DNA of 63,601 nucleotides, counting the filler, from Pelomyxa schiedti (taxonomy: Eukaryota; Protista; Evosea): assembly GCA_020536535.1 (NCBI GenBank). It is 11 parts of 11 records of this genome, joined end to end, with 100 filler letters (N's around TTAATTAATTAA, not from the genome) between each part and the next. Parts side by side here need not be neighbours in the genome. Positions count along the whole stretch, not along the records: positions 16,081 to 17,946 come from JAHLWZ010002229.1; positions 18,047 to 22,805 come from JAHLWZ010000235.1; positions 22,906 to 35,519 come from JAHLWZ010001211.1; 8 more parts are not named here. The stretch is one strand, 5' to 3'. Shown here piece after piece: positions 16,081 to 27,693 of the stretch. Positions within the stretch are counted from its first letter, which is position 1, and the number at the start of each line of letters is the position of its first letter. The position numbers and the translations under genes are program-made. Below the pieces are notes generated by a model that saw only the letters and a list, made by a program, of their open reading frames with translations, ran no database searches and had not been told where the DNA came from.

Positions 16081-17058
16081 CATTGCGCAGAATACCAATG
16101 GAGAAAGCGTCACGTAACCTACTAGACATGACCCGCAAGTGTGGAATTATAACGTTAGGACTGCGTGGGTCGAACAGTTTCTCCAGCCACGGAGAGGGCG
16201 CAGATATGATGACCCCATCTTCTGTTGGCACTACTCTGGAAATTTTCAAAAGGTTAAATTCCCTTGTGTGCTTCAACACACGGCGATAAGCTGAAGAGAA
16301 CTAAGTACGGAATTAAAAAGAATATTGCAAGACCGTCTGACGATCGAGAGATCATTGCAAAAACTGGCCCTTCTTTAAAGATGATATTGTCTGCTTGGCT
16401 GAAGATGGTAGATTTCCAAGACGGAATGAATTTTGTGAGAGACCGGTATCTGAATTCAATGATCCCTTTAAATTGTCATATCTGATTGCGTTCAGGTAAC
16501 CTCTCTTGCAGAGTGTGATAGGTGCATTCAACACCAATGGCGAAAACAGAGCTTACTAAGTAAAGCTCGAGTGGTATTTTGTCGATTTTAGAGGTGACCA
16601 TGTCTATAAATGGTGTATGGGGGAATGAAGAAAAAGCTGCTGTGGCTGAGGTAGCAAAGCAATTAAATGCGGAGTACTGTCGAATCGACTTTCGTGAATT
16701 GGATAACAAGACAGGTAGTTGCTATTGTGTCTTTGCTCCAACTTATGTCCAAACAGGAAGCCCGTTTGGCTCTTTTTACAGAGCACTACAATAGGCATAA
16801 GGATTTCCGCGAATCTGAAAATATGAAGTTGGCCATTGTCAGGCTGTCGCAAGCGTCTTCTTTTATCCACTTAGGGGCAGAAGTCACTTTCGTTTTCACG
16901 TCCAGCAGTCGCTTCGCCGTCGCGAGCATCCAGGACTCGCTCGTGGGTGATTGCGCGAGTGTGCGCCCGAGTCTCGTGCCGTCGTCGCCCCCCCCAAAAA
17001 AAATCTTCTCCAGTATGAGCACAAGTTTCCCACGGGCGTCCAGCGCCACCTGCGGCAT
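16081..17058 (-). CDS. Hypothetical intron-containing gene, 3' truncated
   Basis: GC-rich ATG-initiated first exon (MPQVALDARG...) followed by minus-strand ORF segments separated by plausible GT-AG introns. No recognised domain; a plus-strand model cannot be excluded. Confidence 0.35.
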
Positions 17059-17080
17059 GGGTTGATGCCGATTCAAACCA

Positions 17081-17170
17081 TTGGCTGTTTGAATAAAATA
17101 ATCAACAGACCGGAACGCTGAGCTTTTCGTTGTCGTTGCTCAGGATCTGTCTGGTGTTTTTTGAATTCAT
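17081..17170 (+). repeat. ~92-bp hairpin element, copy B
   Basis: ataaaataatcaacagaccggaacgctg...cttttcgtt...gctcaggatc...gtctggtgttt shared with copy A. Confidence 0.85.
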
Positions 17171-17832
17171 TTGGGGCTTGGTCGGCATCGACTTGGGTGT
17201 TGGTGCGGGCGATGTGCACCGTTTCATTTTTTATCGTATTTTGGCAAAAATACATTATTTTCCCTGCATGTTGATTCCTCCGCTGCCTCCCATTATTACC
17301 CTTGTTCGATTTTCGTATTCCTTTGTTGGTGAATGTATTTCTTTATACTCGCAGCTTGGGAAATATAGCGACACTGCGGTGCCAGTTAGTTTTTAACACT
17401 AGACCTTTAACTCACTTGTAAAAACAATATTTCTTGTATAAGATACTTTATGAAACTTGTGCATGATGATAGGCATTCACTGTTTTTAGGATGCAGCTAA
17501 TTTAACCGTACTTATACACCGATCTAACGCTTCCCCCTGTAGAAATATGTGTACACACATTTCTGCTATACAACCTTGATCCCACTTGTGCCACCACCAG
17601 AATGGTCATGTTTACACTATAGGTATTGTCTGTTTTCAGGTCTCATGTTCCAAACTACAGTTCTCAAATATGAATCAGTCCATCCCAGATAGTATCAGTT
17701 CTGAACACAATCAACACCTCAAAACAACAACCATCTCACTCTATCACAGCTACCAAGCGGAACACCTGCTGCTTTTTCGATTCTTCCACTTCCTCATTTA
17801 ACGGCCTATCCAAGCCAAATTTTTGGTCCTAT

Positions 17833-17895
17833 TTGTCTGATTAAAAAAATAATCAACATACCAGAACGTTGTCATCGCCCCGTCTGGTTTTTTTC
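17833..17895 (+). repeat. ~92-bp hairpin element, degenerate internally deleted copy C
   Basis: aaaataatcaacataccagaacgttgtcatcgc...gtctggttttt. Confidence 0.65.
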
Positions 17896-18047
17896 TCCCA
17901 TTTGGGCTTCGTCACTCATTTTTTCCTTGCAGTGATACAAAGGCACNNNNNNNNNNNNNNNNNNNNNNNNNNNNNNNNNNNNNNNNNNNNTTAATTAATT
18001 AANNNNNNNNNNNNNNNNNNNNNNNNNNNNNNNNNNNNNNNNNNNNA

Positions 18048-18115
18048 TCGAGCGACGCTTAGAATAGCGATTCTAAATCTAATGCCAAGTTGCGGAAAGC
18101 TAAACGGCGTTGACA
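18048..18115 (-). repeat. 68-bp dispersed repeat, copy 1 (at contig edge)
   Basis: Reverse complement matches 27187-27254 at 65/68 nt. Confidence 0.9.
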
Positions 18116-18391
18116 GCATTGCCCTGCGTGCCACGCGTTTAAACGCACTTGATCTTTGTAACCAAAGAGGGGGGAAAAATAATTTGTTTTGTTCATAGTG
18201 GTTCACTATTTTAGGCAAATGTGCTTGACCAAAAAACTATAATCTTAGAGCTGAATTTCTTCGATTTCAAGAGAATGTTGCTAATGGCAGTGAGGAGTTG
18301 CATCATTGCTGTGGAGTCTTCGTGAGAAACCTTGGGTCCGATTTCGCTGGGATTTGTTCGTTTAGTTGAGTCTTCTGGAGAGAAATCTTGG

Positions 18392-18733
18392 CTAAAACAC
18401 AGGATAGGAGACGTGACCTCGCATCTCTGCCGCAGTAACCAAAGTCAACACAAGACAACCTGAGGAAGCTTCAATCACTTTGGCGGTACCTCCCTGCCAT
18501 TGGATCAGGAACCCTCCCTCAATCCACGTGGCTATATGCGCACTGTCAATTGCTCTTATTGGCTTGAGTGTGTTGCAATCCCAGATTTCAAATTGAGGAT
18601 TCCCGTATTTAAGCACCCAGAAGAGTGATGAGCTGAGACCTGACAGATGATAGTACCCACCAGACATAATTTTAGAGACTGTGCCAGAAGTTTCTTCAAT
18701 GGCCGCAACGTACTGTGTAAAGGCTTCCACTTT
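18392..18733 (-). CDS. Orphan family 2 protein, 3' end; near-identical paralog of the end of 19639-21230
   Basis: KVEAFTQYVAAIEETSG...HVSYPVF* almost identical in both copies. The duplication extends into the 3' flank (18221-18733 vs 19377-19983). Confidence 0.7.
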   Translation of the reverse strand, partial: KVEAFTQYVAAIEETSGTVSKIMSGGYYHLSGLSSSLFWVLKYGNPQFEIWDCNTLKPIRAIDSAHIATWIEGGFLIQWQGGTAKVIEASSGCLVLTLVTAAEMRGHVSYPVF

Positions 18734-19638
18734 NNNNNNNNNNNNNNNNNNNNNNNNNNNNNNNNNNNNNNNNNNNNNNNNNNNNNNNNNNNNNNNNNNN
18801 NNNNNNNNNNNNNNNNNNNNNNNNNNNNNNNNNAACCCGACACACACAAGAGTGAACGCCCACCCGTTGCTGTTTTCCATTGCGATGTGTGAGAGGGACT
18901 CTGGGCCGTCGTTCTGGAGGCGGTACACGTCAAAGTGCATCGACGAGACCCACGAGTTCGTGGTCAACATCCCTCACTCGGGGCTCAAAGCAGCGTGGAT
19001 CGCAGCAGCATCCCACTCGCTGACTAGGGAACCTGATCTCGACAAGTTCCAGCTCTGTGGGCTCACGAAGGTACCCACAACTACAACTACAACAACAACT
19101 CACACAAAAAAACCTCAGATACCGGCCACTAGAGTAAAGGCACCGATGATTGGGGAATGTCTGCACTGCATTGAGTGCCGTGAGCACTCGCGGATCAGCC
19201 TCGGCACACACGACCTCATCATTGCCGAACCGCTTGTTTATCACACAGTGGTGGGATCCCAAAATTTCACAGAGCAGCATCTGAGTGTGAAGTGGACTCC
19301 CGCACCAGAACTGCTGTCATCTTCATCATAAACAAAACACAACAAAAAAAAGTAAAAGGGGCCCTTTGAGGCAAATGTGCTTGGCCAAAAAACTATAATC
19401 TTAGAGCTGAATTTCTTTGATTTCAAGAGAATGTTGCTAATGGCAGTGAGGAGTTGCATCATTGCTGTGGAGTCTTCGTGAGAAACCTTGGGTAAATGTT
19501 CCCTTCCCAGAGAACCAGGACCTGTTCTCTGCCCCGTCGATGCCAAAATTTTTGGCACAAATGGGTCACAGTCAAATGATCGGTCCGATTTCGCTGGGAT
19601 TTGTTCGTTTAGTTGAGTCTTCTGGAGAGAAATCTTGG

Positions 19639-21230
19639 CTAAAACACAGGATAGGAGACGTGACGTCCCATCTCTGCCAGTGCAGTCAAAGTCAACACAA
19701 GACAACCTGAGGAAGCTTCAATCACTTTGGCGGTACCTCCCTGCCGTTGGATCAGGAACCCTCCCTCAATCCGCGTGGCTATATGCCCACTGTCAATTGC
19801 TCTTATTGGCTTGAGTGTGTTGTTGCAATCCCAGATTTCAAATTGAGGATTCCCGTATTTATGCACCCAGAAGAGTGATGAGCTGAGACCTGACAGATGA
19901 TAGTACCCACCAGACATAATTTTAGAGACTGTGCCAGAAGTTTCTTCAATGGCCGCAACGTACTGTGTAAAGGCTTCCACTTTTTGTGGAATACAGCTGA
20001 ATATGAACACACGGGAACCAGAGTGGTTTTTCAAAATAAGTACAGGATCAGGTCTGAACACAGAACGGCCAACCACATAATGTATCAAGCTTACAGGTGA
20101 AATCCTGTCAGTGGCAACAACGTGCGCAATATTGACAACCATGATGTCAACGGAGAACTGCTCCTGGTCATAATAAACAAGCAACCCGCAATCTGGGTCA
20201 GTATGGCTGAAGAAAAAATCGACTGAGGGAAACCACACCGGCTCTGGCACCTCAACAGCCACTTTGGTGTCTTGGTTTGGCACGAGGCTTCGAACAACCA
20301 ACACTGGCCCCCAAGTGAATGAAACCCACCACTTGCAGTTGGAAACCGAATCGAAATTGTCGTCAACACTCCACAGGCACACACCTGGCCCACTGGAGAT
20401 ACACGGATTCCTCACCCACTCACTCCACTCCAGCGGGGGGAAAATTCGAGAGTGCCTCTCGAGCACCATCCCGCAGGGCGTAGCATTGACGGGGGTCACC
20501 TGCTGGTCATCATAAATGAAGCACTCCACTTTTCCAACAACGGAACACAGCAGCGGTGACACGAAGAACCTCACAACGCCACTGTAGAGCAGCTGCGGAA
20601 ACAGCGCCAAGAACGTCAGCGGGGCATCGCGGCTGCCGACGCACCAATCCCACACTAGCCTCACAATCAGGGCCACCTCGGAATCCACTGCGTCATCACT
20701 ACTACCACCACCGCAGATTCCGCCGCTGCTCCCATTTGTGTGATGATGATCACGACNNNNNNNNNNNNNNNNNNNNNNNNNNNNNNNNNNNNNNNNNNNN
20801 NNNNNNNNNNNNNNNNNNNNNNNNNNNNNNNNNNNNNNNNNNNNNNNNNNNNNNNNCCGACGCACCAATCCCACACTAGCCTCACAATCAGGGCCACCTC
20901 GGAATCCACTGCGTCATCACTACTACCACCACCGCAGATTCCGCCGCTGCTCCCATTTGTGTGATGATGATCACGACAGCAATCTGGGCCCACCATCGCA
21001 CCAGAAGCAACTGCGGCGCCACGACGCAGGGTGCATAGGGACCCACACCTTGGGTGGGACGACGCGGCCAACGACGCGAACTGCAGAGTGGCACTCAACA
21101 CGACTTGTGGGTCTATCGTGAATTGTGGGTGACGGAGAGGCTTGTCACTTGGCACGTGAAAAGTTACGTTGGTGTTCGTCCTTGGTCTCTTGGGCGCAGG
21201 TGATTTCAACGCACCGCCGTCTCTTTCCAT
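19639..21230 (-). CDS. Orphan family 2 protein (N-terminal QF..L..SSHPRCG motif, beta-rich C-terminal part), apparently intronless
   Basis: Continuous ORF once the duplicated gap flank is collapsed. Motifs LVWDW, FFVSPLL, NCKWWV, FEIWDCNN. Confidence 0.75.
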
Positions 21231-21290
21231 TGACACGCAGCCGTTGAACTTCTGATCAGAAGTGGCGGAATAACAAAAACACCTGTTTTA

Positions 21291-21511
21291 GAGTAGCCCC
21301 TTAAAACTCGGAATTTTTAACTGGGGACGGAAAACGAAAACCCAAGCCAGAATTTTTAACCCAAGTCGGTAAATTTAAGTAGCCCGGGCTTTTTTTCGTA
21401 TTTTTTCTTGTTGTTGGGTTTAAAATTCCGACTTGGGTTTAAAATTCCGACTCGGTTTTTTTTTTGTGACTCGGTTTTTTGTTTTGTGTCTCGGTTTTTA
21501 AGGGGCTACTC
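21291..21511. mobile_element. 221-bp MITE with 16-bp perfect TIRs and TA target-site duplication (Tc1/mariner-like ends)
   Basis: ta|gagtagccccttaaaa ... ttttaaggggctactc|ta; internal direct and inverted subrepeats (ttaaaattccgact / agtcgg...aatttttaa); non-coding. Confidence 0.85.
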
Positions 21512-21569
21512 TACCAGGAACCCTTCACTTACGCTCAAAAGTTCAACGGCTTTTTTTTTGATTGCAACC

Positions 21570-22591
21570 ATGGCTGCGGCTCCAACGAACACGGGTGAAG
21601 TGGTGGAGGGAACATGTGCAATTTGTGATGACACAAATCCTGCCGAATTCAAGTGTGAAACGTGTGGCATGGTTTGTCTGTCTCTACGTCGCTCTGTCTG
21701 AGTCACTCGAACTTTTTCATCGCTCTTACTCTCTCGTTTCACCCCAAGCTATGTGCAAAACACTTGAACAAAGTGCACAAATTGCCAGCTTTCAAAATGC
21801 ACGTCGCGATTGACTTGAGAATCGGCAGACCCACAGCAGTAACGGCAGGCACTCCACCAAAAACAGAGCAAATAAACGATCTCCTGTGTGTGTTAAACAA
21901 ACCAAACAAATAATCATTCACAACACACAGAGTATTCCGAGAAAGCAAGATACTCACGACACGTGAACTTGACAACAAGCTGCACGGGATGGTTGTCGGT
22001 GCGGAGGGTGCCATGGGCCACACTATGACAAACGCGAAGTGGCGGCTGCTGTGGCGTGGATCAGCCGATTGTTTCACTGCTGAGAAGTTCCATGAACTGT
22101 GTGACAACATCGCGCCAACTCTGTCCATTGTCAGGACCACAACAAATTGTGTGTACTCTTTCTACTTCATCGCCGCCTATTCTACTCTTCAATTTCTCTA
22201 TGCACCGTTCATCACACATGCAGATATCTGTGGAGCATACACAAACCTTCCGTTTGGTGGCAGTGAGGGCACTTGGAGAGGAGGGTGTGGAGGACGCACA
22301 TTTATATACAGCCTCGTTCGTGCTGGAACCACAACAGGAACGATCCTCAGGTGCACCGACCACCACCACTGCATTTATTGCCGCGACGATTATGGACCAA
22401 CCTACGGGTTTGGCCACAGCTTGCACATATGCAACGACTGCAACACACTCGTTGGCAGCTACACAAGCCTGTCCAACGCAGCTTCCGTTGAGCCACCACC
22501 GCATGACCCCCCAAACGAATACCTCACTGGGTCATGCAATGGCTGGCTGGTTGCCGACATTGAAGTCTGGACTCTCGCTTTGTTTTCTTGA
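21570..22591 (+). CDS. B-box-type zinc finger + TLDc domain protein
   Basis: CAICDDTNPAEFKCETCGM|LCAKHLNKVH..H. TLDc motifs WRLLWRGSADCFTAEKFHELCD, TLSIVRT, ICGAYT, FIYSL, YGPTYGFGHSLHI, DIEVW. Confidence 0.88.
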
Positions 22592-22630
22592 AACAAAAAA
22601 ATGGGACAAAAACATCAAAAAAAAAAAAAA

Positions 22631-22805
22631 ATGAAGTCAGACGTTTCAACCGGCGAGGGAGGAGGCGCCGTGGTACTAGAGATTGCACCAGAGAAAAGGG
22701 CGGAGGCCACCAAGGTCCTCCTCATATCGAGCGTGGTGTGGCGCAACATCGTGCCCTACCTCCTGAGGATGCACCGCAGGGACGCCAAGATGGGCTGGGC
22801 CGACT
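22631..22805 (+). CDS. Probable orphan family 1 protein, N-terminus only
   Basis: KVLLISSVVWRNIVPYL resembles the family 1 N-terminal SRIVWESVLPWL motif. Confidence 0.5.
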
Positions 22806-22905
22806 NNNNNNNNNNNNNNNNNNNNNNNNNNNNNNNNNNNNNNNNNNNNTTAATTAATTAANNNNNNNNNNNNNNNNNNNNNNNNNNNNNNNNNNNNNNN
22901 NNNNN

Positions 22906-25109
22906 CAGGGAGCCTGAGCGTGTTGGCGTACCCGGGGTACGAGGGCGAGTGGAAGCACTTATGGGAGGCAGGGGCGTCCGGGAACTGGTGTCTATGGGAC
23001 TAAAGTGGATGGCGTCGACGGCGTTGCATCAGTTTGTTGTGTTTAAGTGCACCAGATGCTACCATTCCACTACTTGGTGTGTGGACTTGGCATTTCCAAG
23101 ATTATTGAACTTTGGGATAGACACCATAAGTGACTGGAAAGCACTTTACATTTCTTGTTCACACTTCCCGTCTTTGTCAGATGCATCCAAGTACATTCAT
23201 AGGCATGTTGCATCAAAGCACATCCATCGGCATCCGATCAGAACATCCAATTATTGTTTCTTTGTACGCGGTGGCCCTCATCCCTTTTCTGTAGATATGA
23301 TCACATCTGTTCATGAATCATGTTGTCATTTGGGGATTGTTGGTTGGATCGTCTTCTTCATTTCGCATATAAACACCTTGTAGGTGTTGGGGAAAATGCA
23401 ACACTTGTGTCAGTACCCCCCAGCAAGTTGATTTCCATGGAATCTATCGATAAACTTGTACTGAGGAACCTTTCGTTGAAGTACAACAAGGTAACTTTCC
23501 ATTTCTGAAGCTGTGCTTCTTTACCTTCCCATTTCCAAGCTAGATATTGGTCGGAGGAATTGCATTACCATCCGCTGTGGAGATGCCCTCATTGAACATT
23601 GCCGGATAACATCTGAGAGTGGAGTTGCAGTTGTAGTTTCTGGTGTCGATACACAGTGTCTCTTACAGGATTGCAAAATCGTGAGCACTTCCAGCGTTGG
23701 TATAGTTGTGGATGCCAGTAGGAGAACTGTTATTAATAGGAACGAGATATATAACTGCAAAAACTCAGGTATTCCTTCTGACTTTTCCATAATGGAACTC
23801 AACATTATTTCCCAGGCATTCAAGTTCAAAATAGAGCATCTCCATGCATACAATGTAGGCCTATTATCTGGTTGCGTTCGTTAATCTGTGTCTAGATAAC
23901 AACATCCACTCAAATGTCGTAGGAGGTAAGAGTATGATTGAACCTTTTATGTGATTCTAAGAAGTTCCCAAAAGTATTAGTAGAAAGAGATGCATCTTGC
24001 CGTATTGTTGACAATGACATCCATCACAACAAGAACTCTGGAATTTACATAGACATTGATGTGACCTTTCCTCCAAATGCTGATGATCCTGAAGCCCAAA
24101 ACGAACAAGCGCGCTCACTGCAGCCACTGCAATGCGAAATCCAATCAAATACTTTACACCATTGTTACCGCGGACTAACTGTACGTTCGGTATGTTTGTC
24201 CATTTCCTGACTTAAAGTCACTGATGCCTATAGGGCAATGTTTCAGTGAAGGGTAATACCATTTTCAACAACGCGAAGGAGGGGATAATTGTTACCAATC
24301 ACAGTACCCAACTCACTTCTTTTGGTCACCTTATCGACTTATTTCTTACAAAAGACCCGATGTCATCTATCAAAAACAATGACATCCATAGCAATGGAAA
24401 GTCCGGGATTTCTACAAGTGGAGTTGCCAGAATAATTATTGAGGGGAATGTCCTCCATGAGAACGGGCTTGCAGGAATTACGAGTTATGAACAGTCTTCC
24501 CCAAGAATACACTGCAATACCATTTCTAAAAATAAGAGGGCAGGTATACAGTGTTGTCTTTTCTCCCCCAAATTCAACTTTCCTTGTATACCAGGTATTT
24601 TGATTTTTTCGAATGCACACGTAGAAAACAACGAAATCTTTTCGAATGTGGGAGGAATTGAAACCAGGGAGAAAGGTGTGTGCGAATCACGAGAGAACAG
24701 ACTATACAGCAACGAAGAGGGTAGATCCAATTCTGTGTTGATTGAATAACTATCTCTAAGAACCCGAAAGCATTCGCCAAGCCCGACTCCAAGGGAAGTG
24801 CACCTTCACAGTAACAAGTTTTATGCATACACCACAGCGCTGGTGCGGGATTATGCGATATTCTCATATACTTACTCTCCAAGAGGTATCAGTGTGCAAC
24901 GTGCCAAAAGAAAGAGAATCAAGGAATATGTGCAGTCTGCAAGGATACGTGCCACAAGGTATACAACACAATCACAACTAAACCCCACATGCAGTACCAA
25001 ACCCAAACAAAAAAAGGACCATGACCTTTCCCTCACGCCGCGCTATGGCTATTTCTATTGTGATTGCCCGGGCTGGGGAACGTGCCAGGCGTGCGCCCAG
25101 AACCCATAA
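22906..25109 (+). CDS. FBXO11-like protein: parallel beta-helix (PbH1/CASH) repeats + C-terminal UBR-type zinc finger; 5' truncated
   Basis: Repeated I..N.I..N...GI units. C-terminus GKCTFTVT...QRWYQCATC...GICAVCKDTCHKDHDL...YFYCDC. 'DWKALY' is typical of the end of an F-box region. Confidence 0.8.
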
Positions 25110-25486
25110 TTCCGCCACACAAAGAGGAAAACCAAAAAAAGACCGGATTTATCTTTTGAATCTTTTGGGGCTAACCAGCTGGGGGTACACGCAACACTTA
25201 CCCACACTATTTATTGCCCCCATAGACTGGTCTGTTCTAATACCGCGTCGGTACCTGTGCCGCCCCGGCTTCGCACTCTCAAAAATTTTTGTTTATCCGT
25301 CAACACCCAACTTTGTCTTTCAAGCCTTAAGACGCGGATATTTGTTTGTATCGTATTGTTTGAGCGCAGCTGACAAGGAGGGAAAGTCCCTGTTAAACAC
25401 CAGCCGACATATTGACTCCTGGGACGTTGATGTGTACGAACAGATTTCGGCTTCTAAACTAGTTTGGTTTTGTCGTGGCCTGTCGT

Positions 25487-27066
25487 ATGGGATTGTGGGC
25501 ACGGTTTGGGGTTGTGCTGGGTCTCGTGGCCCTGTCTGCGATGTTCTTCGGAATTGTGTATCAGCTCCTGGTACATTGTCCCGTCTGAGCGAACATTGAA
25601 TTTGTACGCGTTGCAGTGCCGAGCTTAACCACCGATTGTGGGATGGGAAGGAACGGACTAACTTTGTTATTGGTTGCACGTTGGCAGGGCTTCAGGGGCG
25701 AAATAGATACACTGCGGGGACAACTTGTCAATGATGCTGCGGTATCTACTTTGCAAATGAGAATGTCACAGCTGGAGGCCTCAATCGTTGTTGTTACTGG
25801 TATATTTTAATTAACCTCCTTGCAATTCCTGTTTTTATCTCTCTATTTTCTTTGTCAAATTGATGTTCTCCAAGGGATAGCTGATAAGGTGAAGCCGGTT
25901 GTTCAGACTCAATCACAACAAACACAGCCACAAACTTTACCAACACCACCGACTACAACTCCTCAGGAGTGCAGCCCAGATACCCTCCCTTACATCGCAC
26001 CACATCCTGCTTCATTGAACATCAATTGGATGTGTGAGGACCAAAACACACAGACTCCAACTGTGTATTTTGCGATTAGTCATCGTAATAGACCTCACCA
26101 ACTGTTACGACTCTTGGTAAGCATTTCCCAAATAACGACTGAGGCCAGAATTTGCAAGATTGGTGTTGTTGTTGCTGACGTCAAAAATGTACCTGCAGTT
26201 ACCCTCCTGAATGACCTTCACCATCTTTTAGATTCCAGAAGATGGCAGTGCCGTCAACAGATCAGACATCATGAACTTAATAGCACAGTGGAGTGCTCTC
26301 CTCGGTATTGAAGTGGGATATGTTCCGGTTAATATAACCGGGTCTGGCTTTTTAAGGGTGATACTTGTTCACCATGCCCTCTGTACTTGCATTAAGTGAA
26401 AAACAGGCTGGTGCCCTTCGCTCAGCCCTAGAGTATCTGAATGTACACCATCCGGACAGTATCATGTTTGCAATCGATGTAGATATGCTGATACCTCCAA
26501 ACTTCGTTAACTTGATATTAAATAAAGTTGTCAAAGGCCGAAACGTATGCCGAGTCTTTCCTTTTCAACACTTTAACTATATCCTCTTCAGTTCTTCGCG
26601 CCGGTGCCCTGGAGCTTGTATGAAGGCATGCCGGTCACAATGGATGAAGGCTCAGGCTGGTGGAGAGAAACTGGCTACGGTAACGTAGGATTCTTCGTAT
26701 CTGATGGAATAGCACATGAAGCATACGTACAAGGTACACGCCCAATGAATGCTTTCCTTTCCGGAACTTCGCCAAAAACACAGCCACTCAAACATGCCAA
26801 TACAACATAATACACATGTTTCCTCATGCAAAGCAGAACCCAACACAACCAACTCACTCATTCACCTACACATAGATATCAACAAGCATGACTGGGGGTC
26901 GGAGGACGAGCACCTAGTACAGCTTATGACCAGCTTTGGGCTGAGGCTCAACCGGGAACACGTCCCATGGTTCATACACGTGTGGCACCCAAAGGCCCCA
27001 TGGGGTGACACAACTGATGGACTAGGCACACAAACGACCACACCAACCACAAGCAACAACCACTAA
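25487..27066 (+). CDS. Type II membrane glycosyltransferase, GT7 / chondroitin GalNAc-transferase / B4GALNT-like
   Basis: N-terminal TM anchor, coiled-coil and Thr/Pro stem, SHRNRPHQL, FAIDVDM (DxD), GWWRETGYG, WGSED. Confidence 0.8.
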
Positions 27067-27186
27067 CACCCCCTGTCAACCGTCAGAAGAATCACACCGC
27101 CACTAATCACACACTTAAATCTTCAGAAAAGTGGAGATACAGTTTGCCTTCAAAATTGGCCTTGCCCTAACTCGACCCTCGTTTTA

Positions 27187-27254
27187 TGTCAACGCTGTTT
27201 AGCTTTCCGCAACTTGGCATTAGATTTAGAACTGCTATTCTAAGCGTCGCTCGA
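27187..27254 (+). repeat. 68-bp dispersed repeat, copy 2
   Basis: 65/68 identical to the reverse complement of 18048-18115. Confidence 0.9.
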
Positions 27255-27693
27255 CCCAAAGTAGTAGCCGTCAATAACACAACCAATAGCTTAGAAGAGA
27301 ATAAAAAACAATCCACTTAAGAACAGCCTCGTTAAAGAAGAGTTTAGCAAGGCGGATAGGTGTGTGTTCTAATCCTGTTCCCCGTTTCCTTCTCCCAAGT
27401 TGGAATTGTGTTCCGGGAAATCAGCCTTCTGAGGAGAGGGTTCCTCACAGCTTACGCTGTTAGCCCTTCCAGTGTGGTACTGTACAACGCGATTTTGGCC
27501 AGGGGTAGGAGAATATGGTTTGTTCTGAGCTGAGAAAAATATTTTCGGCATCAAGATGCCCAGCGATTTGCAGAAAGGTACAAATAAAAAGAAAAAAAAA
27601 CTGCTGTGACAGCCGACGGGCTCGGTCGTCGGAGGGGACGAAGAGGAGGAAGTTCGTAGCGAGGCGAGATCTCAATCAGTATAAAGCGTATTC

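Noticed and set aside
18834-19330. In-frame TGA (18974-18976, minus strand) as selenocysteine or a reassigned stop
   Set aside because: No recognisable selenoprotein context. TGA, TAA and TAG all end conserved genes here, so a pseudogene fragment or wrong frame is more likely.
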